From Malacoraja senta (taxonomy: Eukaryota), in assembly GCA_038087875.1 (NCBI GenBank), contig CM075998.1, positions 5,086,001 to 5,150,000 of the forward strand: a stretch of DNA of 64,000 nt, read 5' to 3'. The first letter of the stretch is position 1. Every line of letters begins with the position of its first letter. A program made the translations under genes and the position numbers. Shown one piece after another: positions 38,918 through 52,037 of this stretch. The notes under the pieces are model-generated. The model was not told the DNA's origin and made no database searches. It saw only the letters and a program-made list of their open reading frames with translations.

Positions 38918-40889
38918 ACCAATAAATTGATTCGGTCATGTAGTGGATGGTTCTCCCCTGAAGCAGCAGGTTTCTGCTTTTGGGGACAGCCATAAAAGGC
39001 TGTGTAATCATACCTAGGATGAGTGGGAACCAATGCTGTGTAGGCCAGTCTGGTACTACCAATATGCCAGAGGCGGAGTCTTGCTTGATCTTGGCCAAGC
39101 ACCGACTGATGAGGCAAAATGGGGGAAAGGCATACAAGAACTTTCCACCCCAGTGTAGTGAGAATGCATCTACTGCCACTGCCCCTGGGTCTGGTTCCCA
39201 CGAAACGTATTTTGGTAACTGGTGATTTAGTCTGGATGCAAACAAATCTATTTCCGGTACGCCATACCGAGCGACAATGTCGTTAAACACTTCCTGATTC
39301 AACATCCATTCTGTGTTGTCATTGAATTTCCGTGACCTGGTGTCCGCCACCATGTTATATCTACCTGGTAAGTAGATAGCTGGAACCCAGATGTTTCTCG
39401 TAATACACCAGTGCCAAATAAGGTTAGACAATTTATCACAGGATACAGACTTAATTCCACCCATGTGATTAATGTATGCCACCGCTGTAGTGTTGTCAAT
39501 CTGAAGTTGAACATGCACATGATGCATATTGCTACAATAAGCCTTCAGCCCATAGACTGCTCCCAACAACTCTACGTAGTTAATACCATGTGACTGAAGA
39601 ATTAATGATTCCTGCATGTTCCATCTGCAACCGCAGCTTGAGACGGTGTTTGTAGCATCCCATCCTAGAGCACTTGCATCAGTTTGTAGGATAACTGATG
39701 GTGTATCGACTAGAATTGTACTGGAGCAATGCCGAATATAGGTCACCCACCATTATAACTCAGCAATGGCTTCAGTTGGCAACTGCATAGATCTACCGAA
39801 GTGACCTTTATGAAGTTTAAGTGCCTGCTCCTTTGCACGTTGTAAGTTTTGATAGTGCAAAGGCCCGAACTGTGCAGCTGGGAAAGCAGCCACTAATTTG
39901 CCAATTATACTAGCCACATGTCTAATAGAAGGTTGGTCCTTAACAATGAGATTGTTACAGGCTTCAATTAATTCTAATTGCTTGCCCCAAGGCAGAGTCA
40001 CTGACATGTGAATAGAGCTAATGGTGAATCCCAAATAATCAATTACTCTAGATGGTACCAATTTGGATTTAAATGGATGGATGAGGAACCCCAATCTCTC
40101 AAACATGAGTTTAGTAGCTGACACAGACAATTCAGCTAATTTCATAGTTTTCCCTATGATTAGGATGTCATCCAAGTATGCCATCACAATATGATTCTGA
40201 GCCCGGAGTAGCCCCAGGACTGGTTTTAGTAATTTAGTGAATAATCTTGGGGCTGAGGTTAACCCATTAGGCAATGCTTTAAACTGCCACAGTTGCCCCA
40301 TCCAGCTAAACTTCAAATATCTCCGGTGATCCCCATGAATGGGCACCGAATAGTAAGCATCTTTGAGGTCGATGCATGCCATATAACATCCCTTGGAAAC
40401 CAGTTGTTTGGCAGTAACAAAGTTTTCCATTTTGAAGTGTTTATACTGCACAAAGGTGTTAAGCTCAGTCAAGTCAAGGATGATTCGGCATCCTCCATCC
40501 TTCTTTTGCTTAGTAAATATATTGGACACAAATTGGTGAGACTCATGACACGACATCTCAATTACCCCTTTTTTGTGTAATGATTCAATTTCAGCTTGCG
40601 CATCTGCACACTCCTGTTGTGAAAGAACAAATGTGCGGTTCGGTGTATGCTGTGTGGGTGGAGGCGAATTGAGAAGGAACTCAATTTGGAAACCTTGTAT
40701 ACTGTGCAGTATAAATGGATCTGATGTTATCCAATGCCATTCATTCAAGAAAAATTGTAATCTCCCCCGTACTTGTAACTGATCCATAAACAATGTGTTC
40801 CGCAAATAACCAGACTCACCTACCTCAATGGTTACCGGTGGTATGGTTTTTGTTTCTGCCCCCGAGGTTTGGGGGTAGGAGGGCGCCAT
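38763..40889 (-). pseudogene. pol: DIRS pol: RT - RNase H - adenine-methyltransferase-like domain; in-frame TAA at 39753, late frameshift
   Basis: IDLKDAYY, LPNGLTSAPRLFTK, YLDD; TDAS..GW, DNTTAVAYINHMGG; IDLFAS..YAFPPF. Confidence 0.92.
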
Positions 40890-42055
40890 CCACGCATCTT
40901 GAACGTGGGCCGGCTTGGGCCTAGCCCTAAAAAAGACCCCTGTGCCTGTTGTTCGGGCTTCCCACCATATTCGGCGAACCGTCTGGTGTTGAGAGGAGCG
41001 TAGGGGCGCTGCCGGTGGAAAGATGAAGTCTTGGAAGATGTTGGGACCTTCATAAGCCCGACCGTTTTAGCTTCATCATCCAGCTCTCTGACCTGCTTCG
41101 GCAGATCTTCGCCGAACAGGAGGTTCGGTGGTTGGATGTTGAAGGCCTTGCATAATGCCGCAAATTTGGGGTTCAGGACGGATGGCATTCTTTCGTAGGC
41201 AATTTATCTCAAAATGTGCATTGCACATTAATGCCATGGCGTCCTGCTGAACATCAGACAGGGGCCCCCCCATCTACCGACCTGGCAAAGGCCGTGATGC
41301 CTGAGGCGAGCAACCTTAGTATTTTTTGTAATTTTACCTCCTGGGCTCTGACGCCCCCTCCAATGTAACCCCAGATGGAGTGATTTACCGCCGGCACATT
41401 CAATGAGACACAGTTTGCAGGGGTATGGTACTTGGTGGTGGTTTCCTCCATGGCCCGATCTTGGAGCTGGTGTGAGGCCAGGTAATTAATGCTCATGGCT
41501 AAATCCTCTCCCAGCGGATCCCCTGTTAGAGACGGTATAGCAAATTTGGATGCCATTGGGGGCACTACCGAATCTTGCCCTTCATGCCTTGAAGCATGCT
41601 CCCCAGCTGTGCCTCTGTACTCTGAGTCAGTGTAGAACTGACCCCGAATGCTCCCCTCCTCAGAGAGGGAGACATTGTGCGGCCCTGAGACAGGTGCTGC
41701 TGTCGCGGGCTCTCTAGGAGACCCGGGCTCAGATAACTCCCTCCTTTGGAGCATATCATTTTGGAGCAACCTCTCCATCAGGTGCTCCATGTGGGTCAGT
41801 CACCCATAGACGCTGCCCATTGAAGCCCTCCTGGCCCGACTCGTCCGAGTCCACGGGCCTAACAGACGTCTTGGTGGCTTTCCTCCCCAGCGGGGTAGCC
41901 AAGATGCTTTCTATCGGCACCAAGTCTGTAGCCGTTGGCTCCACTGCCAGCGACCCAGAAGGTGAAATCGGCGGCCGCCCGCTACCCGCAGCCCCGCGGT
42001 CTTCTGTAGCCGGTTTCCCCGCGGCCCGCCTCTTCACCTTAGACATAGTCTCCAC
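40832..42055 (-). pseudogene. gag: DIRS gag-like ORF, frameshifted
   Basis: Position upstream of pol; PANC..LNVPAVN..IW; NLLFGEDL motifs. Confidence 0.75.
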
Positions 42056-43144
42056 ACGGTTCGAAACTTTCTGTAAGCAGAGTTAACGAACCGGGAGCAA
42101 CGACCTCAGAGAGAGTTTAAGCACTTACCTGAGGATTTTAAACTTACCGCTGGAAGGAGCGACGCGCCCGCCAGTCAGTCGTTGCGCATTGCGTTAGACG
42201 TAATGACGCGCATGCGGGCTGACAGCCTTCTTCACATAGTCACTCACGTGACTCCGAAGTAAAATCTATCTATCTCCGCCTTAAACATATCCACTGACTT
42301 GGCCTCCACAGCCGTCTGTGGCAATGAACTCCGCAGATTCACCACCCTCTGACTAAAGAGCTGCGGTGGTATTGCAGCCGGCTCGGACTCTGCTGCTGCT
42401 GGTCTCCCTTGCTTTTCATTTGCCCACAAATACCCAGGCAAGGAATGGCTGTCTCTAAACAAACAACATTTGAGTTTAGCCTTTGTCAATCTGTGGAATT
42501 CTCCGCCTCAGAAGGCAGTGGAGGCTTTCAAGAGAGAGTTAGATAGAGCTCTTAAAGATAGCGGAGTCAGGGGATATGGGGAGAAGGCAGGAACGGGGTA
42601 CTGATTGGGGATGATCAGCCATGATCACATTGAATGGCGGTGCTGGCTCGAAGGGCTGAATGGCCTACTCCTGCATCTATTGTCTATTGTCTATTTCTGT
42701 TGTGTTATTCGCATTTCAAGGCTCGGGTGAGCCTTGCTCATCATTCATCTGTGTCACAAGTTTGTGTGATCACAGTTGTCATTTCATTGGGCATTGACAA
42801 TACTTATTGCACATTGCTCACTTCAACGCTGTGACTGAAGCCATCTTTTTACTGTGAGGCAAGAGAAATTCCATTCATTACCATGTCACGGTGATCTCGA
42901 GGGCTGATCTTTCATTGACAATTATCTAAATGAGAGATTGGTGTATTAACGAGGAGTACAGTGTATTAGTACATTTCTCATTCGCCTGCCAATAGCTTCA
43001 TTTCCTTGTTCAAATAATTTCTTGAGGAGACAATGTCCAATCAAAATTAGATCCCACACCTCACCCCCTCTTCAGCCATCTATCACTTTTGTGACGTTTC
43101 GGATCGGGGCTCTTCTTCAGACTGATTGTGGTTGGGCTGGAGGG

Positions 43145-43685
43145 GGTTCAGTTCAGTTTATTGTCACGAGTACCAAGGTACAGTGAAAAGCTTTTGTTGC
43201 GTGCTATCCAGTCAGTGGAAAGACAATACATGATTACAATCGAGCCGTCCACAGTGTTTAGATGCAGGATAAGGGAATAACGTTTAGTGCAAGGTAAAGC
43301 CAGCAAAGTCCGATCAGAGATAGTCCGAGGGTCTCCAATGAGGTAGATAGTAGTTCAGTCCTGCTCTCTGGTTGGTGGTAGGACCGTTCAGTTGCCTGAT
43401 AACAGCTGGGAAGAAACTGTCCCTGAATCTGGAGGTGTGCGTTTGTTTTCACACTTCTGTACCTCTTGCCCGATGGGAGCGGGGAGAAGAGGGAGTGACC
43501 GGGGGTGAGACTGGTCCGTGATGATGCTGCTGGCCTTGCTGAGGCAGCGTGAGGTGTAGATGGAGTCGATGGAAGGGAGGTGGGTTTGTGTGATGGTCTG
43601 GGCTGCGTCCACAACTCTCTGCGATTTCCTGCGCTCTTGGATGGAGCTGTTCCCAAACCGTGCTGAGATGCATCCCGATAAAATG
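43145..43685 (-). mobile_element. Rex1-type LINE 3' fragment
   Basis: Reverse of 4660-5153. Confidence 0.85.
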
Positions 43686-43769
43686 GGAGGGGGAAGAAAG
43701 CGGGATGAGAGGTGCGAGTGGGACAGAATTGAGAGGTGGCTGCAGATGGGGTGGTGTGCGGGATCAACA

Positions 43770-44395
43770 GGGCGGAACAGTGATGCAACCGTTGACCTGC
43801 TGCCTCACAGCGCCAGAGACCCGCGTTCTATCCCGACTACGGGTGCTGTCTGTATGCAGTTTGTACGTTCCCCCCCTGACCTGCGTCGGTTGTCTCCCAC
43901 ATGCCAAAGAAGTGCAGGTTTGTAGGTTTTGGTTTTGGTAAAATTGTAAAATTGTCCCCAGTGTGTAGGATAGGGTCAGTGTACAGGGTTATCACTGGTC
44001 GGTGCCAACTCGGTGGCTGGAGACCCTGTTTTTGCACTGTATCTCTTGTCTAGAGTAAAGTCTAAAGGCGTATGGTTTAGCTTAGTTTAGTTTAGTTTTC
44101 AGATACAGCGCGGAAACAGGCCCTTCGGCCCACCGAATCTGCACCGACCAGCGATCCCCGCACACTAACACTATTCTACACACATTCGGGACAATTTATA
44201 CTTACACCAAACCAATTAACCTGCAGACCTGCACGTCTAGGGCCTGTGGGAGGAAACCGAAGATCTCGGAGAAAACCCACACGGTCACGAGGAGAACGTA
44301 CAAATTCCATACAGACAGCACCCGTAGTCATGATGGAACCGGGGTCTCTGGCGCTGTGAGGCAGCAACTCTACCGCTGCGTCACCATGTCGCCCT
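43770..44395. mobile_element. Tail-to-tail pair of HE1-like SINEs (43770-44066 plus; 44074-44395 minus)
   Basis: Both heads and tails visible. Confidence 0.85.
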
Positions 44396-44434
44396 GGTTG
44401 GATAAAGGCCAGAGATGAAAAGGTGACCTGACCT

Positions 44435-44712
44435 GAAACGTCACCTATCCATGTTCTCCACAGATGCTGCCTGACCCGCTGAGTTACTCCAGCACTCTGT
44501 GAAACGTCATCTATCCATGTTCTCCACAGATGCTGCCTGACCCGCTGAGTTACTCCAGCACTCTGTGAAACGTCACCTATCCATGTTCTCCACAGATGCT
44601 GCCTGACCCGCTGAGTTACTCCAGCACTCTGTGAAACGTCACCTATCCATGTTCTCCACAGATGCTGCCTGACCCGCTGAGTTACTCCAACACTCTGTGA
44701 AACGTCACCTAT
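44435..44712 (+). repeat. 66-bp pLTR-derived minisatellite, about 4.2 units
   Basis: Units at 44435, 44501, 44567, 44633, 44699. Confidence 0.92.
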
Positions 44713-44776
44713 ACATACAGGTTTGCAGGTTAATTGGCTTTGGTAACGTTGTAAACTGTCCCTAGTGTGTGTAGGA

Positions 44777-47700
44777 TTTTACTTCGGAGTCACGTGAGTG
44801 ACTACGTGAAGAAGCCCCGTCCAGCCGCACACGCGTCATTATCGATCAGACGCATAGCGTTCATGACCGTGTGTGGAGGAGCAGGAGCTCCTCCAGCCGG
44901 TGAGTAAAACAAAAGTAAAACAAAAGTCGGAAGGTAAGTGGAGTTAAATTTGAGCAGTGGTTTACGCTCACAAGAATTGAAATTACACAAGTGCTGACAT
45001 TTCTGGGGTCAGTGGTTTGGATGAAGATTATATATCGTATTCACAACAAAATGTAGCACTCATGTGTAGTGCGCACTTTGAAATAAATTGTATTCATAAA
45101 AATGCAATAAGACCAAATATTCATCCTAAGTATGCAGGCTCTGCAAACCATGCAATATACAAATGCCTAAATCTGTTTTGGAGAAAATCTAGCAAAGAAA
45201 CTAAAGGATCACCTATGCTGAGCAGAGCGGTGAGAAGACAGTATCCCTACAGACGAAATGTGGTGCTGGAGAAGGAACAATCCTATCATTCTCGTATACA
45301 CGTTGACGTGCTGCACCGAGGATACGTGGAGGTTACAATGTGCCTACTAGAAGGGGACAACAACTGCCGGTGGCAAACCCCGAGGTTAGGGGGCTTGGTC
45401 TGGTAAGAAACACAACAAATGTTTCACACTCACAAATAGGGCGAAGGTTACGATTCTTCCTAAAAGAATGGCAATCAATAACAAATGATTCATTTATTCT
45501 ATGTAGCATTGTAGGATTCAAAATTGAGTTCTCTCCACGTTTGGATCCTCCAATTCAGCATAATTCAAACTGGTCACGGATTTTTCTCAAAGGAAGAGAA
45601 TGGGTTGATCAAAGGAGAATTGAAAAACTTTATGCAGAAAAGGATGATATAAATGTCAGGAGAACAACACCATCAGTTTGTGTCAAATATTCTCCTAGGA
45701 ATATTCTCCTAGAAAAGGGATGGTGGACATAGAATCATTTCCGATCTGACAAATCTTAACCTTTATGTACAATAGAAACATTTCAAAATGGAAACATTTA
45801 CTAATGCCATTTAGCTAGTAACAAAGTATTGCTATAAGGCAAGCATAGATCTGCAAAATGCATATTATTCTGTGGCAATGCATGGTAATGATCAAAGATA
45901 TTTGAAATTTAGATGGATGTCAGTTATGGCAATTTAAAGCATTGCCCAATGGTCTGATTTCAGACCAAGATTATTCACTAAATTGCTCAAACCAAATTTT
46001 AGCTCTGTTAAGAGCTGAGGGCCATGTATTAATGGCTTATTTAGATGATATCCTCATTGTAGGGGACACTTTGGCTGCTGCAAAATTGTCAGTATCCAGA
46101 GTCAAATACATTTTGAGAAATTAGGTTTCATTATTCACCTACAAAAATCTAAATTGTTACCAAGCAAAAAGATTGATTACCTAGGGTTCACAATTAACTC
46201 CGAACACATGGTAATCACTTTGCCAAAAGATAAAAAGCTGCAGTTAATTGAAGGTTGCATAAAATCCATTAACGAGGACACACCTTCAATTAGAGAAGTG
46301 GCAAGCTTGCTAGGCAAATTAATTGCAGGGATTCCAGCGGTCACGTTTGGACCATTGCATTATCAATGTTTACAGAGAGCTAAGGTACAAGCGTTAAAAA
46401 TGAATAGAGGGCATTTTGATAGGCCCATGAAATGAACAATTCAATCCATTACAGAAATAGAATGGTGGATTAACAATGTTTCTAATGCTTCCAGAAAAGT
46501 TCTGGTAGAAACACCTTCCGTCACTCTACAGACTGATGTAAGTGCGCTGAGTTGGGGCGCTACTAACATGATTTCCAGCTGTGGAGGTAGGTGGAATGTG
46601 AATGAAGTACCTTTGCTGGAAAATCTGGGAATCAATTACCTAGAGCTATTAGGCGCATTTTACGGCCTTAGAGCTTATTGCACTGATATGGGAAATGTGC
46701 ATGTTCAGGTACAGGTTGACAATACTACAGCTGTAGCATACATAAATCACATGGGTGGTATAAAATCAGAATCATGTGATGAATTGGCAAATGAAATTTG
46801 GACCTGGGGTATTGCCAGAAAAATTTGGCTGTCAGCAATATATTTACCAGGTAAAAATTAATACAATTGCAGACAAAAGATCACGTAAATTTAATGATAA
46901 TACAGAATGGATGTTAAATCGGAAAATATTCACACAAATTATCACACAATTTGGAATGCCAGTAAGTGATCTGGTTGCATCAAGATTGAACCACCAGTTG
47001 ACTAAGTATGTGTCATGGGAACCTGATCCTGGAGCAGTAGTGGTGGATGCTTTCTCGCTACATTGGGGTGGTATGTTTCTGTATGCGTTTCCACCATTTT
47101 GTTTAATCCACAAATGCATACAGAAAATTAAACAAGATTCAAGCCTCAGGGATTTTGGTAGTACCAGATTGGCCTACACAGGTATGGTACCCACTGGTGT
47201 TAAAAATGATCAAAAAAACCCTTATGGTTATTCCAAAGCAGATTAAACTGTTTGTACACCTTGTGACTAATGAATCACATCCTTTACATAATCGTATTGG
47301 TTTGTTGATTTGCAGATTCTAAGAAGGCCATATCTTTGGAAAAGGATTATCAGACCGTACGGTGGATGTTATGACAGCAGCCTGGAGGAATAGTACCCAG
47401 AAGCAGTACATTTCCTATATAAAGAAATGGGAGGTGTTTTGTTCAGGAAAGAATATTGCATATAACACAGTAGAAATTTCAGATGTAATAGAGTTTCTTT
47501 CAACTCTACACTATGAATTGAAATTAAGTTATAGTGCAATTAATACTGCACGAAGTGCACTCTCTGCATATTTAAGCAGTGAATCAGAACAAACTCCAAT
47601 TGGAGAACATCCTTGGGTCTGTAGGTTTATGAAAGGAATTTCAACTCTAATCCTCCCAGACCCAGGTATACAGAAATTTGGAATGTAAAAGATGTACTGA

Positions 47701-48797
47701 TGTTCCTAAGGAGTTGGAATCCAGTTGAAACCCTGTCATTATCCAAAATTACCATGAAATTGGTTATGCTCATGGCATTAGTTTCAGCGCAGAGAGTTCA
47801 AACATTACAGAAACTCAGAATTGATAGAATGAAAGTAGGGCAAAATGCCGTGACATTCTATGTCTATGATTTACTGAAGCAAAGTAGACCTGGGTCCACA
47901 GGATGCAAGTTGGAATTTTTAGCATATCCTACAGATTCACGACTGTGTGTGGTAACATGTGTGAAATGTTACATAGAAACAACAAAAGTTTTAAGAGGCA
48001 TTTTTTATTAGTCATAAAAAGCCTCATAAGAAAGTATCAACACAAACAATTTCACGATGGTTGAAACAGGTGTTGAGATATTCAGGTATTGATACTGATA
48101 AATTTAAATCTCATTCCACGAGGGCGGCATCAACATCAGCGGCCAGGGATTCAGCGTGCCAATAGACCTTATTCTCGCGGCCGCAGGATGGGCAAGTGAA
48201 CAGATGTTTCTCAAGTATTACCACAAGGAGATTAAAGATCTCAGAGGGTTTGGTGATGCCGTGCTGGATACAGTATTAAATCCCCCATTATAAATGGGCC
48301 TAATTTGTGTTATTTTTATTAAAATAAATAAAACCATTAACTGATTACATTCAAATATTGTGGTTATGCATTGTTGCTTGTGCTTACTCAAATAGAGTCA
48401 ATCGATGCAGTGAACACCTGGATTTGAATCCACGGTGTGAAATCACAGAGCTTTGAAATCTTCACGTAGTCACTCACGTGACTCCGAAGTAAAATAGTAA
48501 GATTAAACGAGAACTTACCAAGTTTGAAGTTTCATCTTTATTTTATGAGGAGTAACGTTGAGGGATTACGTGCCCTCCGCTCCCACCCTCATAAAAGGAT
48601 CAAGCTGGTAGTTCTAAGTCTTTATGCATCTTACTATCATACTTCAGTAATTATCGTCTGTGATTGTCACTCCGCTGCTTTGAAAGATTGCCGCGTGTGC
48701 GGCTGGACGGGCTCTTCTTCACGTAATCCCTCAACGTTACTCCTCATAAAATAAAGATCAAACTTCAAACTTGGTAAGTTCTCGTTTAATCTTACTA
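44777..48797 (+). mobile_element. Second DIRS1-type element; gag largely deleted, pol and YR heavily frameshifted
   Basis: Termini ttttacttcggagtcacgtg and gttctcgtttaatcttacta; ICR about 48460-48572; YLDD, DNTTAVAYINHMGG, YAFPPF, SAQRVQ; splits a SINE at gtaggat|agtgttag. Confidence 0.9.
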
Positions 48798-49937
48798 TAG
48801 TGTTAGTGTGCGGGGATCGCTGGTGGGTGTGGGCTCGGTGGGCCGAAGGGCCTGTTTCCGCAATGTATCTCCAAACTAAACTAAGAAAATAAGCCTTCGT
48901 CATAAGGATGCGGATGCGGTGAGCAACATTTTTATTGATGGAAGTGAATTGTTTAATTTTGTTAAGATTATGGGTAATAAAACATTTCTGGGTCAATTGC
49001 TAGTTCTTTTTTATCCCCCTGCTATCCCAGAATCCTTAGTCTATTGAGACCATGTTGCTATGGTTATTCTTCACTGTTGGTGTGAGTATAGGTTTTGTCT
49101 TCTTATTGTCACTGTTTCATGGAAATTAGTTAGAATTGTGGCTTATTTTGTGTACGTGGAATAAATCTACTTAAGTTGCATGTTTTTGATTTCGGAAGAC
49201 CATGGATATTGTGTGAAGAGATCTTCTCATTGTGAGAAATGTTAGCAGTGGGAAATGAAATATTTTTGCCTGTCAGGTCTCCGATATTGCAGAGCCAGAC
49301 ATTCCTCAACATGGCCCTCTACATTTATTTTTAACTTCAAAATCGCAGGATTTCCTCTCCGCTGTGATATTGTGCCACCTTGTATGTCCTACAGCAGCCA
49401 TTTTGTTGAGAAGCTCTGAACAAGAGCAAGAGTTATTGCAACATTGAGAGTGGTTTGGTGTTGGTATGGTGGGCTTTTGTTCTCAAGTCTGACGTCTGGA
49501 TATGGACGGGGTGGGAAGAGTCATATCATGGTGGTCAAACCATGTCGATGGCCGTCCGGCCTTTCGAGCCAGCACCGCCATTCACTGTGTTCATGGCTGA
49601 TCATCCACAAAGAATAGATCGGGAAAGAGGGTGGCAGGATGCTTTTCAAGTCCGCATCAATCTTGTTCCGTCTTCAGTAGGTCAACAAATACTCCCTTGA
49701 ACTTCTACAAGTATGATAGAGAGTGTGTGTGTCGGAAGGAACTGCAGATGCTGGTTTAAACCGAAGATGGACGCAAAATGCTGGAGTAACTCAGCGGGAC
49801 GGGCAGTGTCTCTGGAGAAAAGGAATGGGTGACGTTTCGGGTCGAGACCCTTCTTCAGGTTTCCTTGACAATCTTGCTCTATTGCTGTGAGACGACAAGG
49901 CGACAATGGTTAATAACCCCTGACACCCATACTAATC

Positions 49938-50873
49938 AGTAGACAATAGACAATAGGTGCAGGAGTAGGCCATTCGGCCCTTCGAGCCTGCACCGCCATT
50001 CACCGTGATCATGGCTGATCATCCACAATCAGTACCCCGTTCCTGCCTTCTCCCCATATCCCCTGACTCTGCTATCTTTAAGAGCCCTATCTAGCTCTCT
50101 CTTGAAAACATCCAGAGAATCTGCCTTCACTGCCCTCTGAGGCAGAGAATTCCACAGATTCACAACTCTCTGGGTGAAAAGGTTTTTCCTCATCTCCGTT
50201 CTAAATGGCTTACCCCTTATTCTTAAACTGTGGCCCCTGGTTCTGAACTCTGCCAACATTGGGAATATGTATCCTGCCTCTTGTGTATCCAATCCCTTAA
50301 TAATCTTATATGTTTCAATAAGAATCCCTCTCATCCTTCTAAATTCCAGTGTATACAAGCCCAGTCGCTCCATTCTTTCACCATATGACAGTCCCACCAT
50401 CCCGGTAATTAACCTGGTGAACCTACGCTGTACTCCATAAATGGCAAGAATGTCCTTCCTCAAATTTGGAGACAAAAGCTGCACACAATACTCCAAGTGT
50501 GGTCTCACCAGGGCCCCGTAGAACTGCAGAAGGACCTCTGTGCTCCTATACTCAACTCCTGTTGTTATGAAGGCCAACATGCCATTAACTTTCTTCACTG
50601 CCTGCTGTACCTGCATGCTTACTTTCAGTGACTGATGAACAAGGACACACAGGTCTCGTTGTACTTCCCCTTTTCCGAACCCGACACCATTCAGATAATA
50701 ATCTGCCTTCCTGTTCTTGCCACCAAAGTGGATAACCTCACATTTATCCACATTATACAGCATCTGCCCACTCACCCAACCTGTCCAAGTCCCCCTGCAT
50801 CCTCATAGCATCCTCCTCACAGTTCACACTGCCACCCAGCTTTGTGTCATCTGCAAATTTGCTAATGTTACTT
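49938..50873 (-). mobile_element. CR1 RT 3' fragment
   Basis: [29 protein letters not shown] plus tail. Confidence 0.92.
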
Positions 50874-50960
50874 TTCGGGTCAGGTCTGAAAGAGGGGTCT
50901 CGACCTGAAACATCACCCGTTCTTTCACTCCGGAGTTGCTGCCTGTGCTGCTGAGTTAAA

Positions 50961-51358
50961 AGGGCCTGTCCAACGGGCATGCGACTCCATGCGGCAAGCG
51001 CGACCTAACCGCAAGCCGGGGCCGCGCGGAGGTCGAGTGATCCCCGTACAGGGCCGGTCCCGCCAGCATGCGGCTGCATGCGGCAAGCGCTACCAAATCG
51101 GAAGCGGGGGCCGCGCGGAGGTCGAGTGACGCTGCGTACGGCGGCGAGGCGGCGCGCACGGCCTTGATGCGGCTGCGGGGCGGCAGGCTGTTGCCGCACG
51201 GAATTTTTGAACATGTCAGTTTTTCGGAGCCCCGCGCGATGTCGGGACCAGCTCCGCACAACTCCATACGGCTCCCGCGATCGAAGTGGGACCGGCCCCG
51301 TGACCTCCGCACGGCCCCCGCTTGCCGCATGGAGTCACATGCCCGTGGGACAGGCCCT
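50961..51358. mobile_element. MITE, probably PIF/Harbinger type
   Basis: About 40-bp TIR AGGGCCTGTCC(A/C)ACGGGCATG.GACTCCATGCGGCAAGCG; TTA at both flanks of a split ctgagtta|ctccagc pLTR. Confidence 0.8.
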
Positions 51359-52037
51359 TTACTCCAGCACTTTGTGCCTGTCTACGGTAGAGAGTATTTT
51401 GACTGGTTGCATCATTGCCTGGTTCGGCAACTGAAATGCCCAGGGGTGAAGGAGATAATAGCGAAGAGTTGGAGGAACCCCCCCCCCCCCCGGTCCATCA
51501 CGGGTACTGAAGCCCCCACCATCGAAAGGATGTATAGGAGGTGCGGCCTCAAAAAGACAGCCAGTATCAAAGACCCACGCTCTCATCTCGCTGCTACCAT
51601 CGGGAAGAAGGTACAGGAGTCGGAAAACCATGATCTCCAGGTTCAAGAACAGCTTCTTCCCAGCAACTATCAGGCTCTTGAACACTGCACGACACTAACC
51701 TCAGCATCAGCGATCTTCTATGGACTGAATCTGTGGAATTCTTTGCCACAGGCGGCTGTGGAGGCCTTGTCGATGGATATCTTTAAGGCAGAGATAGATA
51801 GATTGTCGATTACTACGGGTGTCGGGGGTTACGGGGAGAAGGCTGGAGAATGGGGTTCGGAGGGAGAGATAGATCAGACATGATTGAATGGCTGAGTGGA
51901 CTTGATGGGCTGGTTTGCCTAATTCTACTCCTATCACTTCTGACCACTTATGACCTTGTGATCTTCCATCTTGTTCACAAGTTCCTTTTTTTCAGTTAAG
52001 GGCAGCACAGTGGCGCAGCGGTAGAGCTGCTGCCTTA

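Larger units (their letters stand above)
37369..42263 (-). mobile_element. DIRS1-type tyrosine-recombinase retrotransposon, near full length, decayed
   Basis: Inverted termini plus ICR (about 37683-37790); gag, RT(YLDD)-RNase H-MT and YR ORFs; no TSD; splits a CR1 tail; CR1 tail nested at about 37598-37682. Confidence 0.93.

Noticed and set aside
37976..40889. Phage or bacterial integrase and methylase contamination
   Set aside because: Domain order, termini and ICR identify a DIRS retrotransposon embedded in vertebrate repeats.
44435..44712. Regular repeats superficially like a CRISPR array
   Set aside because: Head-to-tail 66-bp units with no unique spacers, no cas genes, eukaryotic context.
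51068..51883. 271-aa ORF
   Set aside because: Chimeric read-through of MITE, pLTR, Rex1 and CR1 fragments.
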